Part shown: piece by piece, positions 38,801 to 47,016 of the stretch | Layout: every line of letters begins with the position of its first letter | Numbering within the stretch: position 1 is the stretch's first letter | Source of the DNA: a virus | Reading direction: 5' to 3' (one strand) | Length of the DNA: 64,000 nucleotides | IMG/VR virus record: IMGVR_UViG_3300044591_000896 | Location: 51,480 to 115,479 of that record | Translations under genes and position numbers: made by a program | Notes under the pieces: generated by a model | What the model was told of the DNA's origin: nothing | Databases searched by the model: none | What the model saw: only the letters and a program-made list of their open reading frames with translations

Positions 38801-41158
38801 CTGTGGAAGCATTGCTTGGTATACTGAAGATAACTCATGTGTAACTGTGCCAGTTGCTGCTACTTCGGTCTTTAATAATGAAAGCTCTGCTTGTGACTGT
38901 GTAGCAATTGCTGCTGTCATAGCATGCCATTTAGCAGCTTCTGCAGCTACGATTCCCGTAGAAACTCCACTTATAGATGTTACGCCAGGAACTCTTGGAA
39001 GATCCTGATCCATATACATCTGTGGGTTGTTGCTTACTCTAACATTTACTGGACCTGGGTTTGGAACAACGCCAAATATGGTTCCTGGCTGCTGTATAGC
39101 TGCAGGTATGGTGTGTGCAAATTGTCTGCTATAAGGAGCCCCTATAAACTTGCTATCTTTATCTGCCATTCTTTCTGCATTTGCTGCAACGCCTGTTGGA
39201 GACAATACTGTTGCTCCACCCATTGTACTTATACTTGAGCTTGTTGCAACTGCTGAATTTAATGCGCTTGCCTTCAATCTATCAAATGACGCTGCAAGAT
39301 TATTAACTGCTGTCTCTAATGCTATTGCAGCTTGTGCATCACTAAAGAATGATTTTTCTACAACCTTACCAGCTTCTGCTGCTGCCATCATTTCAGGTGT
39401 TAATAATTTAAATCCTGAGCCACCCTTAAATAATTGCTTTAGATGGAATACTCCCTTGATAATATATCCAAGGAAGTTTCCAAGCACACCAGTAAGCATG
39501 ATAAGTGGTCCTGCAAATGCTGTTAGTCCACCAAGGAATGTCAGTAATGACTTGATTGGTCCTGGTAGATTTTCTACAAACTTAATTATTCCGCTGATTG
39601 TTTTTAATACAAATGTGCTTATCTTTAAGAACTGATCACCGACGCCTGCAAGTTCTGCCTTAATTGTTTCAAGTGCTCTTTTGTATTGTCCAGATGCAGA
39701 CTCTGTCATAGCCTTTAATTCTCGGTCTGCTATACTTGCTAGCTCTTCTGTGCTTGCTTTCATCAAATCTAATACTTGTAAAGTTTGTGAGCCCTCTTTT
39801 CCAAGGTTATTAAATAAAGCTCCCATACGAGCAAACTGGAATTTTCCAAAAAGTTGCTCAATTGCCTGAGCTTTTTGTAACGGATCTAGCTTATCTAATG
39901 ATGCTTGTAGTGCTAATATTGTTGCAGTTACATCTCCAGCATTACTCTTTACAATTGATCCAAGATCAATTCCAAATCCCATAAACATTTCTTTTGCAAC
40001 TTTAGTTGGGTTAATAAGTGATGCAAGAGATGACTTAATGGCATTAGCACCTTCTGATGCATTTACTCCGCCTTCTTTCATTGCAGTTAAATAAAGAGCA
40101 AGATCTTGAACGTTTCCACCAAGAGATTCAATTACTGGTCCTGCTTTTGGAATTGCTTCAACTAAATCCGCAAGAGATGTTGAGGTCTGGTTTTCAACTG
40201 CGTTAAGGAAGTTAATTGATTGTGCTAACTCATCATTGCTTTGTTTAAATGCATTTTGAATAGCAAGAGTTGCTTTCATTGCATCTTGTCTATCTACTTC
40301 ACCAAGGATAGAAAGTCTTGTTGTTTCTTGCGTTGATACAAGCAGGTCATTTCCTTGCTTGCCAGTTGCTGCAATATCCGCTGCTAATGCGATTGTTTCT
40401 TTATATGATGCACCATAGATAGACGCTAATTCTTTTGCTGTCTCCTCGACATCTTTTCTAACTTGCTTTAGTTCTGCAGAAGATGTTTCTGCTAAACCAC
40501 CGTAAACCTTTGTAAGTCTAACTAGCTGCTGGTCTGCTTCTAGGAATGCTTTTTGTGCTGCCGCACCAAATGCCATCATTGGAACTGTTAATCCAACTGT
40601 TAACTGGCGTCCTGCCCACTGTGTATTTTTACCCCAGTTGATAAGCTGGTTGGATCCATCAAGCATCACCTTGTTAAGAATTGATGCCTCTTGTCTTAAT
40701 AAAGCAGTTCTATTTTTTAAAAGATCTAGTCCATTAGCTACGTGGACATTGTATTGCATTTGCCCCTGGGCATTTCTTCCCAGGGGTTGCAATACAGCTT
40801 GTTCCATTAATACTTGCTGCTTAGCAAGATCTTTAATTAATGTACTTGTTTTTCTTGTGTGTCCTTGCCAGACTCCAAAGTACTCGCCAAGTTTCATTCG
40901 GCCAGTATCTAGCCTCTTTCCAAACTTTTGTACATCAGATTCAAGTGTTACAAAGTGTGAAGAAAATTGTCCAGTTGCTCGCATTGTTTCGGCAAATGAA
41001 CGATTCATTCTGCCTACTTCATTAGATAGGTTTCTATCTAATCCAATGGTTGTAGCTTGAAGTTTAACTAACTCGGCGGTTACGGCTCTTAACTGCGCTG
41101 TTAAACTTGAAAAGTTTGCCGTCGCAGTTATGTTCGTATTAATATTTTGTTCAGCCAA
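29879..41158 (-). CDS. Tape measure protein (3759 aa) with inserted globular domains
   Basis: Follows the frameshifted chaperone; TP901-type TMP core, hydrophobic segments, coiled coils, GPGTGTSDSIPAWLSNGEYV and VGEKGPELFVP motifs. Confidence 0.93.
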   Translation of the reverse strand: MAEQNINTNITATANFSSLTAQLRAVTAELVKLQATTIGLDRNLSNEVGRMNRSFAETMRATGQFSSHFVTLESDVQKFGKRLDTGRMKLGEYFGVWQGHTRKTSTLIKDLAKQQVLMEQAVLQPLGRNAQGQMQYNVHVANGLDLLKNRTALLRQEASILNKVMLDGSNQLINWGKNTQWAGRQLTVGLTVPMMAFGAAAQKAFLEADQQLVRLTKVYGGLAETSSAELKQVRKDVEETAKELASIYGASYKETIALAADIAATGKQGNDLLVSTQETTRLSILGEVDRQDAMKATLAIQNAFKQSNDELAQSINFLNAVENQTSTSLADLVEAIPKAGPVIESLGGNVQDLALYLTAMKEGGVNASEGANAIKSSLASLINPTKVAKEMFMGFGIDLGSIVKSNAGDVTATILALQASLDKLDPLQKAQAIEQLFGKFQFARMGALFNNLGKEGSQTLQVLDLMKASTEELASIADRELKAMTESASGQYKRALETIKAELAGVGDQFLKISTFVLKTISGIIKFVENLPGPIKSLLTFLGGLTAFAGPLIMLTGVLGNFLGYIIKGVFHLKQLFKGGSGFKLLTPEMMAAAEAGKVVEKSFFSDAQAAIALETAVNNLAASFDRLKASALNSAVATSSSISTMGGATVLSPTGVAANAERMADKDSKFIGAPYSRQFAHTIPAAIQQPGTIFGVVPNPGPVNVRVSNNPQMYMDQDLPRVPGVTSISGVSTGIVAAEAAKWHAMTAAIATQSQAELSLLKTEVAATGTVTHELSSVYQAMLPQMQQLTQLAADEGAMIVRQLQQGVITVDQARAKIISLNATIEVMMAETAAQVAAGMGRGINLTTVPFTSQPVVDPVTGKSNMKEMFHKPETAALVDKVAEGLGVRTSGGGYSIETTKPRIILPKRGPLRGFNDGGYVYTLEDGPVVPGDKSVNYDNTMAKIPVGGFVLNQDATRNNPQLVEYAKKSKPYNRGGMIDAMLTPYETVFTPEQTQEMLPILEAANNGQRIQFRNAGGILGGPIVSGKHNYGRFDALKSLFKRKKAKSADDLANLSPQIRLGREHRTDADDAHDYVEGVFGAAAPRRGVLGNKNGYFFVGNWGLNTRKTTNSKINAGTAKPQEIIDDIMFLPPSEALPALRRFLKVNKIDDELADRLVLEARDGIVSNLASHGDSLIGERLFAQAQHAEYLKIADQLGLRKRYIDSLNVPGQRRGFKDPGNHSSGFQGATAISPYRTSDLDTLITKNEEFGTNFMGSYETYNPKELKINGEDGAFAHMMLDGFAMGGIIKKRKANYGRLFLGMPKSIKQVQEQRKRREVMEQTTEAVNKSRFAKEEPTNFGKKEEDTKGHSFPVEGVGGVYTKPDGTRVFVKPVLDETAALAEQRYNAIHQGAHRLTPPQQEIRVMIDPTDPAGKRKLLVLESPYDPRFASLPKEMSEQEYFQQLLASALRGDKDLSPGNIGGSFVADGGTMGVFKTASGLRSYADDMPSVAEQARINLLGVKGGAKRFFAESTVDIPRGMTPQQYQQSMLNEIDEVLPRLKETIAGFKGLTPREEEVYAAMIKRLEDARHVNWKEFHGIHSAVKPTAPKSLTPAALAKLEEAAALRARQKGHAVSLSDMAFKSDANGFNGGGLINVIKSLAMRRIGAGFGKNTTGGWGVTSLEIGMAEKLFASSGLTKRTQRILYDKFAEALAKEMPYGYAKNAQGQLLKALEPDIMDSVIRSAASSTISAPEGRRVLSAIDRDILKRRYTNWESRKDTPLTEELKKLIFGLEGREKGGPVSGGTPYIVGEKGPELFVPMNSGGIVPNHALGGMIRTGKYNYGALGPVASIVAQQALPLAAFMLLPKALEKLGIASEKSNLILNGIFAVMTAGSIYKGVKTAKAAKAAKAAGSVVDDAAETAVATKSVSKFAQSLAKLRLVGMAIPGWGKVAVVALTTLATVSYGAWENARKARLASQEAFDVNEKQAKQLGIAYVSLTDKIKKATDAAQAQSQLTKVKAAGSTAIGGGINMSVKELNALQKKAKETQGDIVSMFNDLDKNDVTKAATALKVQLVAAGKSAQDAAREIYSIISISNKASQATEAVSSTEFLKIVDRASAAKVAIDTFVKSMNASDVDKKEIAASFSGGLDAIQLYYQSLVGVKDASGKAKSQVEALNDTIAHMNANKSNQQDIGDNILNTLIQENPLYKDILNSTDSMVDAWAKIQLYTNGVTADLSDISGEEAQGLLQVVNAISQAATEMTTNANLMNNPIDAIAEYGAAAKKAYDDAKKASDDATKNAQKNADAEIKALDKKIEKINEEADARIRAIEDQAEKQDYLTEVQKEQLNYQQALLSGDMSRAAQSQLNIQSLTNERQKTLSINAIQDKRDAEVKKLEAQKAGVQERLIKLQERANKLQEIANAKQKEYASVQALQQSIATTLSKAAITTDEGTIALLAEALRSDVAALAALGSDGAKAAKTVTSGVPTSKGSTIVTPGGQPIVQPGKQDWVAYLKSLTNDPGGPANSTVEYAKTYFEKFGTHVEDFGLYVKTLTGLDEVNGTRTIPLSKLRGEIKKDPENPNDYNKMEYFTADGKSVGKGAKGRAKYFENPEKPMSGEAYIYPNSKVNRGALNGVQDINLALYNKGVKTPLVQDGLKYEHNGSVTKGGKVVGYWGYNIPNVGFRSYATGGPVKNFEWGGNVKGPGTGTSDSIPAWLSNGEYVIKEKAVKQYGVSFFDGLNAQKLAGGGPVGLGSPSPINSGYLNKGGMIPGFAEGGWLSRFNPLNWFSNAGSAYVTGMQNHGAKKLDYRAPEYKTSLSQSEKNATALEALKEISMYNTAGRIAQGNAGAMDYASIIPFIRPTRAIRSTRNKLEALKLMKQGVHNSPNPNLADELLHPLEYQAQKEQTLGNFTHFSSSPKYQAGNPRYGSNSYKTKLDVKAIMTILKSKGFASSTDMAKKYGLTEGMYGVKFNHPAVQAAMKDGYIGTKYMIGNETAGQFAPFYTGVKNHPLGRIKGFHDGGPVGHKHDSTNVMSAPKWTKLDGKKHYVYDKLSGGFGISVIDTKGMTLDQLNARYIDKGVYTESQSKNKSSSNNSPYSYGPAVGDGLFRGFSVPWLDALGIKGLMQTGNKIFRGGKESEFFGKPNKGDYANAALFPLNFLVGKTKAAKSISKYPLDVAAPSAKMLGSAALRAVQQTPKGILNTLRSVLWKTVGATKVGKEALYKIPKIAGFRPYSPKGVPSVFTNTADYVRRTGKSFFDDITNRPRILPSRTGAPGGAKAWDDWADLSNVGKTNPQEAFGELFGLLSNLTKATTLNPIAKIGSKVKSKITSGIDAKKNSFKFFKEFILPAKSSFNPKQAISNFLYRYTPYGTMKARKILEMGGREGSWSPSAVDPSSGPEMFETLKELSMRPFYHGGILPETLLDRSVPGVLGNAVDDMFAAKHSMFGNLFDFDLFTTASKGMSSSYSKTKNTVNVFSEEAGNIYEMFFKKLTGRKTLDLRGGQKSIWSQSKRAYAALESFLAKTHGMETARLMLAGERIPGQAFSSLGRARDSFLQGENLRLAFTKLGPKGFKYLIDTIVHEGGRNTNSVSHPVVASLAPQKVVSGFKKILDGRDLGFFDSLNLSKVGFTKISSELEKTLTEIVTRAADQKERLGKVLPFLKAGHFAEGGMAGGKFNIPKFETGINNVPADMLAMLHKNEAVVPANMNPFNPNANNATMGGGVYNITNNINGFDGDINALSDMVTRKTVESMKTMSKISVKSMGESRSLGSGLEVRA

Positions 41159-41163
41159 GTAAT

Positions 41164-41825
41164 TTACTCCTTTGAGTATCCTAATCCTGCTCCAACACCA
41201 AAGCCAGCTTCTGCTGCAAATGGGCCTTGTAATGAAACCACATCATCTCCTGATGCTTCTATTCCAAGTGCCCTTCTTTGTATGTCTTCAAAGGTAGGAC
41301 CTTTGTTTTCTTCTTCTTCACCATCTAACTCAATGCCTTGAATTGCTGCTAAGAACTTTCTTTTTTCTGACTCACTTTTCTGCATTGACTTAAATGTTTG
41401 AACAAGTTCTGGCATTGAGAGGCTTTCTTCTAGCTCTTCGTAATTTTTCCAATTACCTAAAAGAAAAACTTCTCCTAATAAAGCGGCTAAATCTAGTTCT
41501 GCCCAGCCAGAACCGCTGCCGCTAGAAGGTTTGGGTCGTCCATCTTAATTCCACCACATACTTCTAGGATGCGGTTAATTGTTGGAACATCTAGAACATC
41601 TTCAAAAGCATCTACATCTTTTACCAAGTCTGGTAACTGCTTTTCTAGTGCTACTGCACATGCTTCAATAAGGATTGTTAATGTTTCGTCTTCTGTAGTT
41701 ACGTCTGCTGTCTTTTGGATAACAACCATAAACTTTCTAAGCTCTTTAATTGTTAAAGGCTTTAGCTTTACGGTTACGCCATTTTGTAGAGTAATTTCTT
41801 CTACGCTATATACTGTTGTTGCCAA
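41164..41825 (-). CDS. Tail assembly chaperone, extended form via -1 frameshift
   Basis: The -1 frame is open from the slippery heptamer to stop 41164 (PSSGSGSGWAELDLAALLGEVFLLGNWKNYEELEESLSMPEL...). Confidence 0.8.
41493..41825 (-). CDS. Tail assembly chaperone, short form
   Basis: Between tail tube and TMP; AGGAGG RBS, TTG start. Confidence 0.85.
   Translation of the reverse strand: MATTVYSVEEITLQNGVTVKLKPLTIKELRKFMVVIQKTADVTTEDETLTILIEACAVALEKQLPDLVKDVDAFEDVLDVPTINRILEVCGGIKMDDPNLLAAAVLAGQN
41529..41535 (-). other. Programmed -1 frameshift site C CCA AAC
   Basis: X XXY YYZ heptamer in the correct phase near the chaperone 3' end. Confidence 0.8.
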
Positions 41826-41885
41826 TTTGAATCCTCCTAGGATCTAGTCTTAATTATTGTATCATATAGATTTTATCAGCACAAA

Positions 41886-41914
41886 TAGAAAATCCCCCCA
41901 TTTCTGGGGGGACT
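41886..41914 (-). terminator. Intrinsic terminator after the major tail gene
   Basis: TCCCCCCA-GAAA-TGGGGGGA hairpin followed by TTTTCTATTT. Confidence 0.8.
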
Positions 41915-41935
41915 GACTATAATTAAATTAATTAA

Positions 41936-42601
41936 TTAGTTCTTTGTAACACGGTCAATGATCTTGCCGTATTCTGATCCTGCGTAATTACCGTCTGGAA
42001 GCAAACGGAATGTTACTGGGAATGTTGTTGCTGCGTTACGAGCAAGTGAGAATTGTGACTGCTGTACAGACAATACTCTACGTGCGTAGTATACACGCTC
42101 TGTGTTTGGTGTTACTTCAGTTGGAGCCTGTCCAATTGCAAATAGCTGACGCTCTGTTGGAGCAACTCCAAGAGCACCTGCCTCAAGGCCAAGAACTTCG
42201 TCAACGTTATCGTTTGCAGATGCTCCCTTTGAGAGTGTGCCTGACTTTGTTGATGACGCCTGACCAAATACGGCCATAACGTTCTCTAGTGTACCTTCTG
42301 CTAATTCTGTTGCAATCATAACTTCCATTGACTCCTTGAATAGCTTTGCTGTATCAAGAAGCTGATCTACTGTTACTGAACCGTATGATGGGTTGTAAGT
42401 AATCTGAAGACCGTTGTTTGTGAAACCTACGTTACGAACTGCTGCTGATGCATCTAGTGCAACTGCAGCCTTTGCTCCCTTTGTGAAAGCAACTGTTCCC
42501 TTGTCTAACATGTTTTCTACGTATGCTGCATCAGTTGAATCTTTTGTTGAAAGATAAAGTGGTGATGCACCGACTAGAATATTTTTGGCGTTTAGTGCCA
42601 T
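41936..42601 (-). CDS. Major tail tube protein
   Basis: NILVGAS, VGFTNNGLQITY..., FPVTFRLLPD; strong AGGAGG RBS; own terminator. Confidence 0.85.
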   Translation of the reverse strand: MALNAKNILVGASPLYLSTKDSTDAAYVENMLDKGTVAFTKGAKAAVALDASAAVRNVGFTNNGLQITYNPSYGSVTVDQLLDTAKLFKESMEVMIATELAEGTLENVMAVFGQASSTKSGTLSKGASANDNVDEVLGLEAGALGVAPTERQLFAIGQAPTEVTPNTERVYYARRVLSVQQSQFSLARNAATTFPVTFRLLPDGNYAGSEYGKIIDRVTKN

Positions 42602-42712
42602 TTTACTACCTCCTATTAAATAAATATATATATTGATTTATAAAAATCAAAAGTGCTGGCTAGGCTCTTTTCCTCTAGGACAATTCTAGAGTATAATGCC
42701 CCCAAATGCAAC

Positions 42713-43219
42713 CTAAATAAATCTTCCGCCTGGGCCTGTGACTCTTGAATATTTGACCTCTATTATAATATCTGCTGAAAAGAATCCCTGTATCTCTTCT
42801 GAAGGGGCCGTGGCTGAGGCTTCCAGGATCATAGTATTATGGAATATCAAATTAGACTCTGAGCTAAATTCATTTACATCTCTGGCCGAATCATCCATTC
42901 TTCTAAATACATCTAGCATCAGGTTTCTGATCTCATTTATATCTGCCACGTCAATTGCATATATTGTAAATATAATCTTTTCGCAAGACAATAGCCATAT
43001 GTCTTCATACGTTAGGCCTATCTTATCGTAGACTATATGCTTTTTCCCGCTTAAAAATTGATTAAGTTCTGGCTGTTGCTGTACTGGAATAATAGGTATT
43101 ATTTCTTGGCCAAGGTTATCGCTGTAATAATCATTAGCATCAAACACGCCAGATTCAGTCAGCTCTTTCCATAGGTATTTTCTTATTTCGTATATTGAGT
43201 CTACTTTATATTTTGTCAT
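42713..43219 (-). CDS. Tail terminator-like protein
   Basis: Position before the tail tube gene; size; HIVYD motif. Confidence 0.6.
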   Translation of the reverse strand: MTKYKVDSIYEIRKYLWKELTESGVFDANDYYSDNLGQEIIPIIPVQQQPELNQFLSGKKHIVYDKIGLTYEDIWLLSCEKIIFTIYAIDVADINEIRNLMLDVFRRMDDSARDVNEFSSESNLIFHNTMILEASATAPSEEIQGFFSADIIIEVKYSRVTGPGGRFI

Positions 43220-44010
43220 AGTACCCCTCCAAATGATTGTGTTAATGCCATATCCGCCTGCCGCCTTACATTGTTTGGAGAGAAAGAATATTGAACTTTT
43301 TTAATATTAAGTGGTACTGCCAAGGCTCTTGTAATCTTAGATCCAAATATTTGCTGAAAGCCAGAATTCTTAATTGATTCATTAACAAGCTGTCCGCTAA
43401 AGAATATACTATAGGCAAGTTTGAACTGGTTTGTAGAAGCCCTTCCTCCAGGGCTCTTGACGGTCACTGAGGCCCCTTTAGGCATAAAGACTACTTCACC
43501 ATCAATCTCAAAGACAAGCCTTTCAGCGGTCCTTGGACGGATTATTACGGGCATACCTTCTTCCATAACAGAAGCCTTATTTTCAAATATATATTTCTTC
43601 TTTTGTTTTACATTCTTTGATGGAACAGAAGTCTTAGATAATTTAAAATCAAAATCTATTTTAAAAGAAAGTCCTGTTGTATCAATTGTTCTTAATTTAA
43701 AAAGTCTTGCTGCTGGCTTTCCTGCTTTACCCCATTCATAAACATGGTGAAATGCTTTTGGCTTTGTTCTAGACAATGCGTCTATGTATTGCCCAAAGTC
43801 TTTATCTATTTGCTTAAATAATGTATGTTTAAACAAAGCTTTAAATGCCTCATTTGCTTCTAGCTCCGCCATTACGTTTGCTTGGTAATATAAGAATGCA
43901 GATATCTGTGCGACATTGCTATCTCTAATTGCTCCTTTTGTTGGGGTGCCAACCATAAGTCTTTCTAAACCGCTGGCTGCTTGTAATAGCGCTACATTAT
44001 TAGATGCCAA
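43216..44010 (-). CDS. Neck/tail completion protein
   Basis: Position; HHVYEW motif; TTG start with GGAG RBS chosen over the track's start. Confidence 0.55.
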   Translation of the reverse strand: MASNNVALLQAASGLERLMVGTPTKGAIRDSNVAQISAFLYYQANVMAELEANEAFKALFKHTLFKQIDKDFGQYIDALSRTKPKAFHHVYEWGKAGKPAARLFKLRTIDTTGLSFKIDFDFKLSKTSVPSKNVKQKKKYIFENKASVMEEGMPVIIRPRTAERLVFEIDGEVVFMPKGASVTVKSPGGRASTNQFKLAYSIFFSGQLVNESIKNSGFQQIFGSKITRALAVPLNIKKVQYSFSPNNVRRQADMALTQSFGGVL

Positions 44011-44428
44011 TTTGCTGATTCTCCGACCTTGATAATGTAGTGTTATATCCAACCACATTTCCAAATGGATCAGTAATTGGAGTTGAGCCAACAACCTCAA
44101 AAACTGTTGGGGTTTCTGTTGGAAAATCTATTTCTGTCCAGATTGATTTGTTTTTTGCATCACGAATATTAGTAACCTTTTCTCTGTAGGTTATTCTTTC
44201 TGACGTTCTAACCTGGATCATTTGCTGGTTTGTGTATTTGTTTCCAAATACCTGTCTATCATTTGTGCTACTTGATGATGAGTTGCTAATGATTCCTTTT
44301 GCGTGGCAATCTAATGTTTTATAAAAATTCCAAGATTTTAGTATTGCCCCAGTGTTTGGGTCTTGTGAATCAGACTGTCTGTATAGATCCAATCTCATTA
44401 CCAGTATTGAGTCTATAAGGTCTAACAT
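44000..44428 (-). CDS. Head closure (stopper) protein
   Basis: Position, size and beta-rich pattern. Confidence 0.6.
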   Translation of the reverse strand: MLDLIDSILVMRLDLYRQSDSQDPNTGAILKSWNFYKTLDCHAKGIISNSSSSSTNDRQVFGNKYTNQQMIQVRTSERITYREKVTNIRDAKNKSIWTEIDFPTETPTVFEVVGSTPITDPFGNVVGYNTTLSRSENQQIGI

Positions 44429-45414
44429 TATATAACAACCATGCTGCTTATGACATATGGGTAGAGTAACTGATCTGCATAGGCATTACCAGTTCCTCTG
44501 TAAGCATCTGACGCATATTCAAACTGCCAGTCAAATGTCTTAATATTCTTTAGGTACTTATTTGTCCAGACTCTATCCTTAGAGAAGTAGTCTCCTATTA
44601 GTTGGATGGCTGCCTGCTCAACATTATCTGGTACTTCCGCCCAGCCAAATTTTCCTTGAACACGATACTTAACGTCTTTCTGGAAAGCCCCGTGATATGT
44701 GTCATTAATTGATGGCGGGATTAATCCATTTGCACTGTATGTTATGTTGTCAAGAGTATTAGTTCTATCTATTCTTAATCCAAAGCCTGTCTCAGAAATT
44801 ATTGGATTGAATACCCAATTTGTTTCTTCATTTATATTGTCTATAAGCTTTATATCATTTCCATATAGCTCATGCAATGCATTAATTTTAAATGGCAATG
44901 GCAAAACATCAGAACCTGATCCGTATATAGATTCAGTGCTATCGTACAAATAGAATCTTTGTCCTGTATAGCTTTCAATTACTTTACGGGCAAATTTTTC
45001 TGCCATAACTAATTCATGATAGCTTTTATACATTGGGTCAGATGGATCTGTTCCAAGACCAAGGTCCTCAATAACTTCAGCAAGAGAAGCATATGGTGTT
45101 ACAACATTAACAAATGTTTCATGCTGTATGTTGGTTGAATTCATCTGATACTTCCAGACAAGCTTTAGACTCTTGTCTCTATTTGTTATTGAGTACGGAA
45201 TATTAATTTGATATGATCCATAATCAACCTCAGACTTTGACGCCAAGATATTTGTAAGTATTGGTGTCGCTGGATTAATGGATGGCAAAATTCCTGGGTC
45301 TTCAGTTATGTCATATATGTCTACACGTACATCACCTTCGGCATCAACAATAGCGCCACCCCAAAAAATTTTAGTAGACGCTGGTGCGTTGCTGTTCTTA
45401 TATACTTCTGCCAT
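44428..45414 (-). CDS. Head-tail adaptor
   Basis: IESYTGQRF, GKFGWAEVPDNVEQAAIQL, TGNAYADQLL.PY. Confidence 0.75.
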   Translation of the reverse strand: MAEVYKNSNAPASTKIFWGGAIVDAEGDVRVDIYDITEDPGILPSINPATPILTNILASKSEVDYGSYQINIPYSITNRDKSLKLVWKYQMNSTNIQHETFVNVVTPYASLAEVIEDLGLGTDPSDPMYKSYHELVMAEKFARKVIESYTGQRFYLYDSTESIYGSGSDVLPLPFKINALHELYGNDIKLIDNINEETNWVFNPIISETGFGLRIDRTNTLDNITYSANGLIPPSINDTYHGAFQKDVKYRVQGKFGWAEVPDNVEQAAIQLIGDYFSKDRVWTNKYLKNIKTFDWQFEYASDAYRGTGNAYADQLLYPYVISSMVVI

Positions 45415-45428
45415 ATATAACGTTTCGT

Positions 45429-45821
45429 TTAGTTATAGAAGTCTTGAACTTCCTTTGGTGTGGCTAAACGAAAACCCTCCTCTGTATCAAAGATTTTTTG
45501 AGCATCTTCTTCAGACATTGCTACGAATGGATGATCATTTGTAAATGTGTACCCATGAATATCGTATCTAAAGTTTGCTCTTGTCATACGGACCAATACT
45601 GAATCCTCTGTCTGTGCTTTTGGATCAAACTTTGGTAAAATTTCAATTTCTTCTGCTGCCTCTTCTAGTGTCTGCAATGTCTTTGCATATACTGAATAGG
45701 TAACTCCTTCTTCTGCAAGTGCAGCTATGATATCCTTTTTATTTTTAAGGCCATCTGTGTCTACCGCAAAATCTTCGGCTATTGTTTTTAATTCGGCTAC
45801 TTTTAATGTGTCAAACGACAT
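45429..45821 (-). CDS. Rho-N/HeH-like domain protein
   Basis: LKVAELKTIA...GLKNKKDIIAAL. Confidence 0.65.
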   Translation of the reverse strand: MSFDTLKVAELKTIAEDFAVDTDGLKNKKDIIAALAEEGVTYSVYAKTLQTLEEAAEEIEILPKFDPKAQTEDSVLVRMTRANFRYDIHGYTFTNDHPFVAMSEEDAQKIFDTEEGFRLATPKEVQDFYN

Positions 45822-45850
45822 ATTTATTTCTCCTTCTTGTAGGTCATTTA

Positions 45851-45859
45851 ATTATAGCA
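45851..45859 (-). promoter_or_regulatory. Extended -10 promoter (TGCTATAAT)
   Basis: Just downstream of the capsid terminator, upstream of an AGGAGA RBS. Confidence 0.65.
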
Positions 45860-45869
45860 TTAGTCAATT

Positions 45870-45906
45870 AAAATGAAAAGCCCCCAAAATTAATTGGGGG
45901 CCTTTC
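45870..45906 (-). terminator. Intrinsic terminator after the major capsid gene
   Basis: GAAAGGCCCCC...GGGGGCTTTTC hairpin followed by ATTTT. Confidence 0.8.
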
Positions 45907-45928
45907 TGTGGTTTAATTCTTAAATTAA

Positions 45929-46999
45929 TTAAGAAGCAACCTTAACGTTCTTTACAACAACCCAAGCGTCTGCCTGCTCGATTTGAACGCCAACACGAGT
46001 ATACATTGTGTACTCGATTGAGTCCTTACGTGGCCAGAAGAATCGGTAAACTGTAACGTCACGCTTGATACCAATAACTACGTTATTTGGGAATGTCAAG
46101 TGGATGTCACCGTGTGAACCTGATGCTCCTGAGTATGAGCCTGTCTGAACTTCTGGAAGAAGTGGAACTTCAACGATTGGAATACCAAATGCGTATGGAG
46201 CTACATATCCTGCAGGACCAGAAACTGGTGCAACCTCACCACGGATGATGCCTGAAGCAATATCTTGTGGGTTAACGTTCTGGATGTTCTGTGATGTTGA
46301 GTATAAGTAATCCTGGATCAAGTTTGAACCTGATAGGAAGCGGAGGTCTGTACGACGCTGCTTGTACTTACGTGGAAGAGCCTTAAGAGCTGAGTTGAAC
46401 ACTGCACGAGAAATTCCCGCACCAGCTGCATCAACAACGTGACCGTTAGCCTTTGCCTTCTTAACTACACCGTCAAATGACTTATAAAGTGCATCTGATG
46501 ATAGTGCTGTATCGCCATTTAGAAGAAGATCTTCAATGTCGTTACCAGCTTGTGTTGCCATCATTCTGGCAATGTGATCTTCGAGATCAGCACCTTCAAT
46601 GTTGTCTTCTAGTGACTCAGTTGAAAGCTCCCAATCTAAACGAAGCTTCTTTGTTGTTAGAGAGATCTTTGAGAATGTCACTGGTGCGTTAACGCCTGTG
46701 TTCTCTGCTTCAGTTGCAAGCTTAACAAGCTTCTCACCAACTGACATGCGGTCAATCTCTGTTGTATCAGACTTCATTCGGACCGTACGTGCAACCTTAC
46801 CAATTACGGTAGCGTCGAACATATAATCTAAAAATCTTGCTGACTGCTCTGGGTTTAGAACACCACCGTTGCCATTTTCTGACGCAACGTGATCTCCTGA
46901 ACCACCTGTTGCAGATGCGAAGGTACCGTTAGCGGACTGTGGTCCACCAGCGATTGTTGTACCTGCTGCTGCTGCCTTTTCTAATAATTCATTACTCAT
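45929..46999 (-). CDS. Major capsid protein (HK97 fold)
   Basis: GGVLNPEQSARF, ESLEDNIEG, DIEDLLLNGD; follows protease/scaffold; strong RBS. Confidence 0.92.
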   Translation of the reverse strand: MSNELLEKAAAAGTTIAGGPQSANGTFASATGGSGDHVASENGNGGVLNPEQSARFLDYMFDATVIGKVARTVRMKSDTTEIDRMSVGEKLVKLATEAENTGVNAPVTFSKISLTTKKLRLDWELSTESLEDNIEGADLEDHIARMMATQAGNDIEDLLLNGDTALSSDALYKSFDGVVKKAKANGHVVDAAGAGISRAVFNSALKALPRKYKQRRTDLRFLSGSNLIQDYLYSTSQNIQNVNPQDIASGIIRGEVAPVSGPAGYVAPYAFGIPIVEVPLLPEVQTGSYSGASGSHGDIHLTFPNNVVIGIKRDVTVYRFFWPRKDSIEYTMYTRVGVQIEQADAWVVVKNVKVAS

Positions 47000-47016
47000 T
47001 TATTTCACCTACCTTT

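Noticed and set aside
42602-42712. Possible structured RNA in the major tail gene leader
   Set aside because: Only a weak CTAG/CCTAG pairing and a TATACT box are visible; not supportable without covariation data.
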